A stretch of DNA of 64,000 nt, from NCBI GenBank assembly GCA_045837725.1, contig JBEWZL010000278.1, positions 372,001-436,000 on the forward strand. The letters run 5' to 3'. The translations under genes were made by a program, and so were the position numbers. Positions 30,543 to 42,276 of this stretch are shown one piece after another. How positions within the stretch are numbered: the stretch's first letter is position 1; each line of letters opens with the position of its first letter. Under the pieces are notes generated by a model that saw nothing but the letters and a program-made list of their open reading frames with translations, had not been told where the DNA came from and ran no database searches. The DNA comes from Vermamoeba vermiformis. Lineage: Eukaryota.

Positions 30543-33500
30543 TTACAATACTGTTACAGACTTGGACAAGGGCAATCGTTCGCTCTTTTGACTGCTCTCT
30601 TGCAAGGCATAGCCGAATCGAATAACAGACAATACACCTTCATTGGAGTTCAGTTCGGGCATCACTAATCGGGCCTTGTCGAGTAGTTCAACGACGTTAT
30701 TAAGAGCTTCGTTGATTTGATCACGAAGAGCACTCAGATGTGGCTCGTTGATGCGTTTGGCAAGCAGATCCATCGCACCACAATTGCCCCAGATGCTCGT
30801 TGAGATGTCGTGCTTTGACAGTTTGAGCAAGATAGCTGAGACAGTTTGACCGACACGCATGAGGGTTTGCCACGAAGGAGCGCCACCTTGGTAACACACC
30901 ACAGCAAGGCCAGCCGAGTTGAGCATCTTGCGCGAAGTGCCACGAGCAATAGCAATGTTAGACTTCATCAACTTGATCGTCTCTTCGCTCGGGCCAGATT
31001 GCGTGAACGACGCGAGACTGGTCATTTGCATCAACGACAGTTCGAGAGATTGCAAGGGAATGGCTCGTTGAGCATCAGCTGGTCTCTGAGCAATGGAGGA
31101 CAACAACATGGCTGAGAGGCGCTTGCTCGAATAGATGGCTTGATCGACGAGTTCAGCCCACTTTGCAATGCGTTGAATCTTGGCTCGGTCGTTGATCCAC
31201 AGGACTTTGACGTTGTGCTGGTGGTTGATGAACTGGTCGTTGCTCAGCTCTTTCAAGATCTTGAAGGGCACGGGCTTGCGAGTCGAGTAATCGTGTCTGT
31301 TCGAACTTCTGTTTGAAATGAGCTGCTCCACATCGCTAACAACCTCCTTGCTCACGACAGGAGTCATGGAGATAGCCTCCTTGACGGGCTGTTTGACAAC
31401 TTCGGGACGAGCAGTGGGCGTGCTTGGATTGGCAGCACGAACTTCACGAGGACTGTCGCGGGGGCTGTCGGAAGGCGTGTTCGATTGGGGTGGCGAAGGA
31501 GTGCCAGGACGACCTCCCAATTGAATCTGTTTGGGCAGGTGAGACACGGACTTGCGAGCAGGGACTTTAGGTGGCGCCGCACGTTTGGCCAATGGAGGTG
31601 ACTGGGCAAGAGGCGGAGTGTTGGGCAGACTGTTTGGCGGGGACTTTTGAGGAGAACTTGTTGGCACAGCTGCGTTGATCTTTGGATTCGCACGAGTAAT
31701 CACGTTGTTGTTCTTTACGTTGCCTAGAATTCAGGTTAGTTGGCTGACCTGAGATAGGCCTTAAACCTTGGTTTGACTTACCGACTGAAGTGGTTCTGTT
31801 GAGCTTAGGAGGCTTAGGCGGTGGCAGCGGCTTTGCAAATTCTCCACTGACAGATGTATTAGTTGGGACTGGAGGAGTAGTGTGAAGGGGCATCTTTGGA
31901 ATGTTTGGAGAGGTTCTAGCGAGTGGGAGAGCGTTGGTGCTTTCTCGTCTTGGAGGGACCTTAGGAGGCATTGGTCTCGCTTGTTGTTGCACAGCTTGCT
32001 GCGGCAGTTGTTGAGCCTGTTTGGGCGATGGCGCAGGAGGTGGCGGGGAGCGACGGTTTGATACTGCAGCGGGGCTGGTTGCATCTTGAGGACCAACAAG
32101 AATGGTCGAAGCACGTGCTCTTTGTCTCGAGGTTGAAGATCTGATTTCAACGTAGATAAGTGCATCTAATGCTCGTGACTTGTTTGGCACTCGTTGAATG
32201 TCAGTGCTGGCTTGGCTTAGCAGAGCAGGATTGCCGCGAACAGGCGTCACTTCGACAACGAGTCCGTAGACTTCGAGAAGTGATTGCAAGATGTACAATG
32301 AGCAGCCAACATCAAGGGCCATGAGCTGAGCACTTACTGGGTTTGCAATACGTGAGCGATCTTGGCACACGAGGATGCGAAGCAAGTTCTCGTCGAGTAC
32401 GTAGTGCCACGGCTGATTGTTGAACGACGAAGGTGCGTGCAAGCTGTAAAACACAGCTCGTTTCATCTTCGAGACGACCGATTGGCTTTCAATGTCGAGG
32501 TTGGAGTCGTTGGGCACCTTTTGAGTCATCAGAGCTCGGGCCAACGATTCGTTGTTGAACATCATTGTTTCACGGCCTGATTGCAAGTGAAGTGATGAAG
32601 TACCTTCGCGATCTTCAATCATTGAGCTCAACTTCTGAGCGATGAACTGACACGCGTCATCTCGCTTGATCATCGTCAAGTGATTGCCAGGTGTTGGAAT
32701 GACAATCGTCTCGTTATGAAGTTCTTTCCAACCGAGGTCCGCGAGTCTCATCGGGTTGTAGTTGTCAATGAAGGGCCACTCTTCGAGCGCTGAGAACACC
32801 AAGAGATCGCCAGCGAATCCTCTGTTGGCGTAGTTGATGAGCAGGGTCGAGGACGAAGTGTAGTGTTGGAAGGCTCGCTTGATGAACGGGAGGGCTGCCT
32901 TAGAATCGACTTTGTTCTCTTCAAGTGTTTTCGTCATGAGCGCGAGCTGATCTTGTGCGGGAACTGCTCTGAAGTCAGCGGCCGTCAGCTCTTTTTTCAC
33001 GTTGAAACTTGACAGCACTTCAGTTGCCAACAGTGCGTAGATGCTCGCAGTATCAAGGGAGCCGAATCCACGTGCATTCACGGCTGTCGGGGCAGTCGAG
33101 TCAAGAAGAGCAAGTGTGCCCACGTTCTTTTTCTTCTCAAGCAACTGTAAGGCCATTTCGACAGCGAGAACACCTCCGAAGCAATAACCGCAGATGTTGT
33201 AACTTCCCGTTGGCTGAACAGTCAAGATCTTCTCAACATAACGTGCAGCCAATTGCTCCATCTCAAACGGATCGTCCCAATCAAGTTCTTCAACGTCCAA
33301 CGGATTCGTGTCTTGGAACGCAAATACATTGAAGTTGGAAGGGAAGTGTGGCACTAGGCTGTTGAAGACGGAGGTGTTTCTGAAGGCTCCGTGGACCAAG
33401 AACACGTTCAATGAGGGCGAGTCCGTGGCATCTTTGAGCTTGACAATCTCATAATTGTCGAGCGTGGTGATAGAGAACTTTTTCATCTCTTCCATGGCCT

Positions 33501-36500
33501 GTGCTGAGGTGTCACTGCCACGAATCAAGTTGGCTAGTGCTGCAACCGTCGGATCCTTGAAGAAGAGTTGCAAGTCGAGCTTGTAACCAAAGCTCTGTTT
33601 GACCATGCTCACAATGTTGAACGCGTGAATGCTCGTGCCACCAATCTCAAAGAAGTTGCTGTTCGTGCCAACTTGAGTCTCGGGCAAGTGCAACAAACTC
33701 GCCATGTAAGCGCACAAGGATCTCTCAATGTCGTCCTTTGGCGGGGTAACAATGGCACTGCTCGTTGAGGCACTAATACCGAATACTGTTGCTGAGGTCT
33801 CCAAGTCACTGGGCAATTGAGCTTCGTCGACCTTGCCGTTGATAGTCAGCGGGAAGGTGCTCATCCAGAACATGCGCGAAGGGACCATGTACGAAGGGAG
33901 CTTGGCCTTGAGGTCTAGCAAGATCTCTTCGAGCAATGGTTTCTTGTCTTTGACCGAAGCATCAGTAGTCATGTAAGCGGCCAAGTAATCGCTGCCTCCG
34001 TTCTTCTTGACGGTAACAAACGCCTTGATGACTTGTTTGTTGAACAAGATGACAGACTCAATCTCGGCACACTCGATTCTGTAACCACGCAGTTTGATCT
34101 GCTTGTCTTTTCTTCCAAGGTACTGTATGAGTCCGTTGGGCAAGTACTTGGCGAGATCTCCACTAGCGTAAAGGACTTCTTCGTTGTTGAACGGATTCAC
34201 CATAAACTTGGCATTGGTTTGCTCTGGATTGTTCAAGTAGCCGAGAGCAAGGCATTGTCCACCAATGAAGACTTCGCCGGACACACCGACTGGTACTAAG
34301 TTCATGTCTTCGTCCAAAATCAACATCGTAGCGTTGTTAATTGGTCGGCCGATGGGAATAATCTCCGCGGCAGATGATGCAACACCCTTAGCCCATTGTT
34401 TAAGGTCTTTGATTGTCGAATCGCGTGAAGATCCGCAGTCAAAGTATGAGCACAGAATGCAAGCTTCAGTAGGTCCGTAGAAGTTGACAATTTGCACGTG
34501 AGGAAGGATCTTGTGAACTCGTTCAACGGAGCTCAAGTGCAATGCTTCACCACCCTGTCCGACAGTGCGCAGTGATTGACACTTTGAAATAGCACCTGGA
34601 TCTTGAGTCAAGTACTCTAGCACGAGCGAGAGTTGAGAGGGCACCATGTTAGTTCGTGACACGTTGTACTTGGCGAACTGATTGACGAGGTACTCTGGGT
34701 CTTTGTTTCCTTTCTCTTTGGCCAACAACAGTCTGTTGCCAGAGCACAAGCACGCGAAGACGTCTTGCAAACTAGCGTCGAAGCTGAACTCGAACATTTG
34801 CATGAAGGTCATGCCATAAGGGTACTTGAACGCTGAGAGCTCCCAATCGACGAAGTTCGCGAGAGCGCGATGAGGGACCAGGACACCTTTAGGCTTGCCA
34901 GTGGATCCCGAGGTAAAGATCGTGTAGGCAGGGTCATTGGGCTCAATGTGAGGGAGCGAGTGACGTGCTGGAGTTGATGCGAGTGCCTTGATGTCAAGTT
35001 CGATCACTTCAATTTGGAACTGACCAGCGAGTGACGTTGTCTTCGAGTGAATCAACACAGCTTGGGCACAAGAGTCGCTGATGATGGTCTTGATTCTCTC
35101 AGGTGGGTTTGACAGATTGAGCGGCAAGTAGACACAGCCTGAAGCCATGATACCGAGCATCGTGACAACAAAGTCGACTGATCTTTCCATGAACACACCA
35201 ATCACCGAGCCTTTTGGCTTATCTTTCAAGCGCTCGGCAATATTCGTGACAGCAACTGAGAGTTGCTCGTACGTGATTTCATCGCCTTCGCAGACAATAG
35301 CGGTTTCTTTTGCTCGTGACTTGGCTTGATTGAGGATGGTGTGAACTGGAGCAACGAATGAGACTTGGGTCGAGGGACCGCTTGCCAAGGTGTCAAGCTT
35401 TTTGTTGTTCGAGAGTTTGAGCTCATTCACAGACTTCGTGGTGTCAACCGTAGTCAGCGATTGCAAGCAGCAAAACACGTCTTCTTCGATTTGCTTGACA
35501 GTCGCCTCATCATACAGATCAGTGCTGTACTTGATGTTGCTGAAGATCTTTCCGTTCAACTCAACGAACCACGCTGAAATGTCAGCGAGACCGGCTTGCA
35601 TGTATTCGGGGTACAGTCTGTCAGTGATCTGGAGAGCGCCGTTTTTGACCTTAGGGAACTTGGGCACGTGATAGTAGTTGATCTCGACTTGAAACAATGG
35701 ATTCGAGGCTTGGGTGTTGCGCGATTGAGTCAACATTGGATCGTTGGTGATATCTTGCACGAGCGCTGAAGCAGGGTATTCTTCGTGCTTCTTTGCGGCT
35801 TCAACTCGTCGCTTGATCTCACGGACAAATTGACCGATAGAAATGCTTGTGTCAACGTGAACAGGGACTGGCAGAGCGTTGGATGCAAAGTGGACCGTGT
35901 CGAACCACTCTTCTTTGCGGCAATGGAAAGCAGTGCCAATGTTTATGCGCTTTTGATGGCTGTATCGGCTCACAACAGTAGCCCAAGCAGCTGTCAGCAA
36001 GTGGAAGCGAGTGCTCTCCAGTTGACGAGAGACTTCACCGAGTTTGTTCCAGAGGCCTGAGTCAATGACACGAATCAGCTCTTTGCCTTGGAATGACGAT
36101 TGTGCAGGTTGCGGGAATGACTTCATCATGTCCACGCCGAATGAGAATTCTTCTGAACGAATCAACTCGTTCCAATGCTCTTTGAGGTCGTTGTCCGTGA
36201 CAGCCAATTGATTTTGTCGCTGATTGAAGTGCGAGATGGTGTGAATATCCACCTCGCGGGCCTTGAGTCCTCGTTGAATGAAGTACTCGAGCTCGGTAGT
36301 GTTGTAAAGTTGCACGGTGCGCACGGTAAGAGTGAAACCACTGTAGCCGTCACAAACCAAGTGATGAATGACGCCTTGAATGATTGTGAAGGGCGTGTTG
36401 GCAATGGGAATAACGTGATATCTGGTCATGTGGCCGCTGAACACATCCAGCGGTATCTTCGTGTTCTTCGTTATTACTTGTTGGACCTCCGATTCGGCAA

Positions 36501-38447
36501 CGGGCTCGTGGCTGACTACAAGCTTTTCCGAATTGATTTTGATTTCATCATAGTCCAACGTCGTAGCAGTAACTTCACCACCATCGATGCAGTACTTTAC
36601 GCTTATAATTGGGTAGCTCACGCCTGTAACTGTTAAAGCTCGGACCGCGTGTGCTCTGTCAACTGCCCCGCGGACTTTGATAATGTCCGTCAAGTTGTAC
36701 ACTGCAGACTTGGGATTGCGGTATTGATGCAATACGATCATTTTTTGATTGATGCTCACGGGTATTTGTTCCTTTTCTAAACATTATCACGTTAGTAATC
36801 TTTTCTGAAACAGATCCAGCGCTGTACTCACTAATTTTCAATTCTGCTGGAGTGCAGTCTATCGAGCTGATAACCAATTCGACTTGGCCTGATGAAGCTT
36901 GGCCGCACAAATTAACGAGCTTGCCAGTCTTTTGTTGCGGAGAATGTCGGCGAAGAAGATACTTGATGGAGACGTCCAGGAAGGTGGTGTCAACGACAAA
37001 GCCCATCATGAATTCCAAGATGTTGGTGACGAGGTTATCGCCCAAATTAGGTAAAAGGCCCCAATCGTTGCTCAGCAGAGACTTGTCTTCGAAGCCGCCG
37101 TCAAAGCATGACACGAAAGGAACTTTCAGATCTGGCTTCATGAACGGCATCGGAATTCCATACTTAGTTCCAGTGAAGCCGTTAATGTTGCCTATAATCT
37201 TAGGCAAGCCTTCGTTAACAACATTTTTGAATTTGGGGCTGGTCCAGTGCAAGTCCACGGTGCTGAAGATGAATAAAGAAGACGGGATCTGTTTGACGGT
37301 GCAGTTTCGGTTGTAGGTTCCAAGCTGTTGCTTGAGCTTGTCCAATTCACTCTCCACGCCTCGAACGACAACGTTGTTGTTATATAAATTCGCAACGGTG
37401 TTGAACCTCGTTTCAGAGACGCGGATGGCGGTAGTAACTTGAGGTTTGCTTAGTCCTTCGACTAGAAACAGTGAAAATCCTGCAGGCCATAGCTTTACAC
37501 CTTATAATAAATAACTTGTTAGAACTAGCAATAAATAAAACGAATTTAGAGCGGTTTTAAAACTGACTCACAAAATGAACCTAAACGAACCAAAATGCTC
37601 TCGCGAGGAGAAATTCCGAAAGATACGATTTAATATTTTATAACTTACTCCCTGCGAATGTAGCTATTTCTAATAGAGTGAGAGCTGAAATTGTCGCGTA
37701 AGTTTCGAAAATTTCGGATGTGTCTCCTACGCCGATCGTGTAAGCGGCTAAAATTCCAGCGAGGGTAACGCCACTGACGCCCGCTAATTGTGATTGTAGT
37801 TCTTTTAATGACTTGCAACCGAGTTTGGATTGCAATGCGGCATATTGACCGAGAAAAGTCATCAGCTCAACGAAATGGTACGAAAATAAATATGACGGGA
37901 CTTGATGGGTGTCTAGAATATATATATTAATAATATAAATAGTCATGCACATCATAATATGAAAGTGGATATAGGACGACAGATGGATTTTAACGTACTT
38001 GCTATCACCGCTTTAGTGTCCCGTAGAACTGTTGCTAGCAATTCTTGTTTGTTGCTTTGAGCAATGTATTCATGTTCGAGTACTGCGAGGATCTGCGTGG
38101 CAAGTTGATTTGTTTCTCGCGACCAACTAGATATGGCGTGCTTCTGTAGTGTGGCGTCATCTGCGGTTAACTTCTCGATGGATTGGAGATCGGATCGAGC
38201 AGCCAAACAGAACATTTTGAGGTCGCTCCTGAGTAAATTAAGTGTAAATGACAACAGCCTAGTTTTTTTTAAAAAAGTACCATGTTGAGACAAGGCAATG
38301 GCTCCCGAGTCGCATATGACATGGATGACAGCTGAAGATTACGTCCCAAGCGAGATCTCCACCAGTACAAACCTCGACATCATCCTCGAATTTATCTTTA
38401 TCGAAATGGAGCACAATTGTATTTCGGTAAAACGCAGCGCGTAGTAA
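30543..38447 (-). CDS. Single-module NRPS hybrid of at least 2,501 aa: degenerate SAT/AT - C - A - T - TE(Cys) - split Acg-type nitroreductase; 5' end unresolved
   Basis: Exons 38447-38281, 38228-37999, 37912-37649, 37500-36832, 36776-31782 and 31723-30543 (7,506 nt) join in frame via GT-AG introns. Motifs: HHLVCDG, YTIFTSGSTGKPKG, FDAS, NFYGPTE, GRKDKQIKLRGYRIE, NGK, FFEIGGTS, GYCFGG, APSSFNNQPW. Confidence 0.9.
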
Positions 38448-38876
38448 CTGGTTCGTTCAGCGAATCTGCGATCAAAAATTTTTCGGAACACTTCCTTGTA
38501 GCATTCTGATTTATTTCTGCCTTGTGAAAGGTTTGAAACTTCTTCTGCTTAATATAGTACTATCAGATTGTAAGTTAGATCGTCAAGCTTAATCATGATT
38601 TATTTAGTAAAACCTCCAAAAATTGGTTTTAAATGCATGGTGCCATCTGTAATTACATTCACAATGCATAGAATAATTACCTTTGTATATAAAGCCAAAC
38701 TAGTGGTTTCTAGCATTAATCAAAGAAAGCTCCTTCGAGATCCGCTTAGCTTTCCGTGCGGCAACAAAATCATTAAGTATTCTCGTCCAGTACAACGGTA
38801 TGGCTCTTATTTCTTCGATTTACTTTGCTATTAATGTACATTGTTGCTTGAATATTACAAGATGATGAATTTTAAA

Positions 38877-40140
38877 TTAATTGCCTCTGTCGTGCAAGGC
38901 ATTCATAAGCTCTCTATAAAGCCCTCGAGCATCATAAGACAAAGACCAATTAATTTGTTCCGCGTGGTCGATCGGCAATTCAGCCAGCACTTCTCCCCAG
39001 CGAGCAGATGTGACGCTAACTAAGCCGTCGTTCTTGCCTTCTTTTGCATAGATAATACGATATGGAATATAGAGTATATGAGGCGGCTTGAAATCTTTCC
39101 AACCGACGATCGAGTAGTACTTAACATCTGGGTGATCAGGCGTTTGTGGGTTAAATACATTATTTAACCAATCACTAGTCAAGTTCTTCAATGCTCCTGA
39201 TAATAATACATGCAAAAGTTGGTCTAAATACACCTTGTCGCCAATCTGGGCCCAGCTAATAGAATTCAGGGTCAGAAAGTAGTACTTTCGATTATCGCAG
39301 AGAAATTTGACTTGTGTGTAGATTGATATATTGAACAGCAAGTAAGGTTAGATCGGTCTAAGGTGTACTTACAAATCGGCGTAAGCAGATCCACGGTGCG
39401 GCGTTCCAATAGTGGTTAAAGAAGCCACCACTTTATGCCCTCCGAGATTGGTTATGAAATGCCTACGAAAAATATTTAATTATCGTGTAAATTCAAGAAA
39501 TTAGAAATAATTTGCGGCCAGATCTTACCTCGAATCTAGTCCACCCATACTGTGTGCTACGAGATTGACTTTTTCAACCTTGAGCTCGTCTCTAATTCTT
39601 AGAACTTGCTCTTTTAGACTTTCTGCACGTCTATAGACTGTTGCATAGCGCAGAACTGGATCACGAGTAACGGTTAGTCAAACAATCAAATCATGAGCTT
39701 AAATAAAGCCCGAGTTCAAAATTTAGGATGGAATTATGATAAAAAAATTCAGGAAATAACGAGAGCGATTAAATACCTGTTGTTTTGTGCACTTGGCATT
39801 TCTGTTCAATCAAATCCGTTTGTATTCCGGTCCAATACTTCAAAAATGGTTTATCTCCGCCCATGCCTTCAAATATTATTATTAACACGTAGAATCATAA
39901 TTATTTCAGCTAATCGAAAAATTGAGAAGGGGAAATTACGCCCGAAAATTATACAAGAGACCTACCGTGACATAAAATAACAGGATATTTAGGAGGTGCT
40001 TTTACAGTCACCGCTGGCTCTACTAATGACTTTTTCAACGGAAACAGGCTGAGATCGGGCAATGGCGGCAAAGTCACACTAGCTGGTACGACCTTGCGTA
40101 CGTTTTGCAAGAGGGTGGTGAAATTACGTGGAATGCTCAT
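38877..40140 (-). CDS. Triacylglycerol lipase, TGL2-like alpha/beta hydrolase
   Basis: YPVILCHG, KVNLVAHSMGGLDSR, SLTTIGTPHRGS, FNPQTPDHPDVKYYS, NDGLVSVTSARWG, DHAEQINW. Confidence 0.88.
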
Positions 40141-40384
40141 GAGTGGATCTGTTGCAACCGCTACGTCAATTCGGTGATGTGTTCTTTCATTGCTGCAGAA
40201 AATTTATTGTGATGTCACTCTTGGATTATTATTATTACCAGAAACGTAATTTCCGGCACACAACGGTTAATGGTACTCGATTATTAGTTGTATCCATAGA
40301 AACAATCTTTATTGCGGATCAAGCGAGCCGTGTTAAGATATTTCAAACCGAATCACTAGGTCTTGCTTACTCAATTGAATCACA

Positions 40385-42149
40385 ATGGAAGCATCTAAAC
40401 AAAATAATATAGATACTCAAAGCAATGAAGCACCTGATAGTTACTTTAATAATGACTTTCCATTGCGATTAATGAGATCGGAAGAACAGGTAAGTCTAAT
40501 CACTTAGAATATTATAATAAGAGCGTGATATTATTAAAATTAAGTTATATTCTCAAATTTAACGGCGGTTTGATTATAAAATTAAAAATAAAGATTTTCT
40601 ACTTTGATCCGTTTTTAATTTTATTTGTAAATTTACTAGGGCCGATACGTCATAGCCAAGCGCGATATAAAATGTGGTGAAGTCGTTATGAGTGCTTATC
40701 CATACGCTTATAGTGCTTCAGAGGAACACAAGCGAATGACGTGTGCTAATTGCCTTCATTATCAACGAGAACAGCTACTATTAATCAGCTGGTACGTCAT
40801 AATAATACATTATGATAATTTTTATTAATCATCTCGTAGTAATTCGTGCAACATCGTTTATTTTTGCTCGGATCAGTGCCGCGAAGAATACTCGCCTTTA
40901 CACGAGGTTGAATGCGATGCGTTGAAGATAATACAAGGACTGCCTATACCCGATTATTGGCAACGGACTACTGTTCGAGTAAGTTTTATTTGACAAAAAA
41001 TTAAGCAGCTTTAACTGACCGTTCTAATGCAGTTAATTTTCAATATTTTATTGCGGAAAGAAATGGAGACCAATCCTAAATATGCATCAATTAAGAAAAT
41101 ACACGAGACCAAGCAATCAAAGCCTATTTATTGGAGCGACATGTTGCTATTAATTTCAAACTACGAGCACTTCGATATGGCCTCGCAGTGGTACGTTAAC
41201 GAACTGTACAGGCACACCACAGAGGTCTTGCAATGTGTGCGCGAGTGGAATGTTGATGCAGACGAGCTCGTGCAGACAATATGTCGGTTAAGTACGTATA
41301 GTGCCGTCGTGTGTCGTACCTGTCACGTGCTGAAACTGACACTTGACACTTCAGTTGAAAATGGCTTTGGTATTCGACAAAGTTCTAACGATTGTATTGG
41401 TTATGGCATATACCCTGTAGCATCCTATTATAAGTATGAATTAATGCAATTATTATTTCTCGTACTAACCATTTTTTGACAGTCATTCTTGTGCGCCAAC
41501 TTGTTGCGTAATTCAAGAAGGAATTGAACTGAAAGTAATTGCAATTAGAGACATCAATCAAGGAGAACAAGTATCAATAAGTTACATTACACTAGCATCA
41601 GATACACCCGCAAGAAGAGATCAACTTCAAATCGATTATAATTTTCTGTGCCGGTGTTCGCGGTGCACGGAGTTTGATAAAGGCGAAGATAAAAAGAAGA
41701 AAAAAACGAAAAAACGAAGAAAAGAACGTCAAAATGGCGAATTTAGAAGCACGGAAAGTTCAAGCGTATCAGAAGTTTCTTCTTCATACGAAGAACGAAG
41801 TGGATCCGAAGCAGAGTTTGTTATGTCGAATGAATATGCTACAAGGGCGATAGATTATCAATTTGGAATTTATCAAAATGTTTCTGTAGCGGATGTAATG
41901 CCGATAGATCAAGCAGCTGATCCGGATTTAGAAGATATCATCAAAGTATTCGAAGATAATGCTGTTATAAGTACCACGAGTACATATGTCGCGAAGAATT
42001 ACGAAAAAGATTGGTTTTGACTCAATTGTTTATGCGACGCGCCAGACTGTCAAGGAAAAGGCTTGTGGATGCTGGATCTGAAGAGCAATAAGACTATTTG
42101 TAATTTATGTAGGCGAGAAAAGCCATCGACAATAATACCTTCCAATTAA
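40385..42149 (+). CDS. SET and MYND domain lysine methyltransferase (SMYD/Set6-like); in-frame TGA at 42018-42020
   Basis: GRYVIAKRDIKCGEVV, CANC..CNSCNIVYFCSDQC..HEVEC (MYND), NGFGI, GIYPVASYYNHSCAP, GEQVSISYI, FLCRCSRC (post-SET). Confidence 0.85.
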
Positions 42150-42276
42150 AGTTGATTGTTTCGCCAAATTTAGACACGTTTTTAAATTTCAATAATTTTG
42201 ATCTATTTCTATTTTGTTGTACATAGGACAATAGGCCACAAACGAACTGAATGATTAATATTTATTATATGTGAAT

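Noticed and set aside
31567-36831. Overlapping ORFs in the NRPS suggesting programmed frameshifts or a pseudogene
   Set aside because: Both overlaps are resolved by canonical 58- and 55-nt GT-AG introns with branch points that restore the frame
30543-38447. Bacterial contamination as the source of the NRPS
   Set aside because: The gene has five host-style spliceosomal introns and a eukaryotic proline-rich tract, and is flanked closely by intron-rich host genes
42018-42276. Selenocysteine reading of the SMYD TGA
   Set aside because: No SECIS-like stem with a GA quartet is visible in the short AT-rich downstream gap, and the position is not an obvious Cys site
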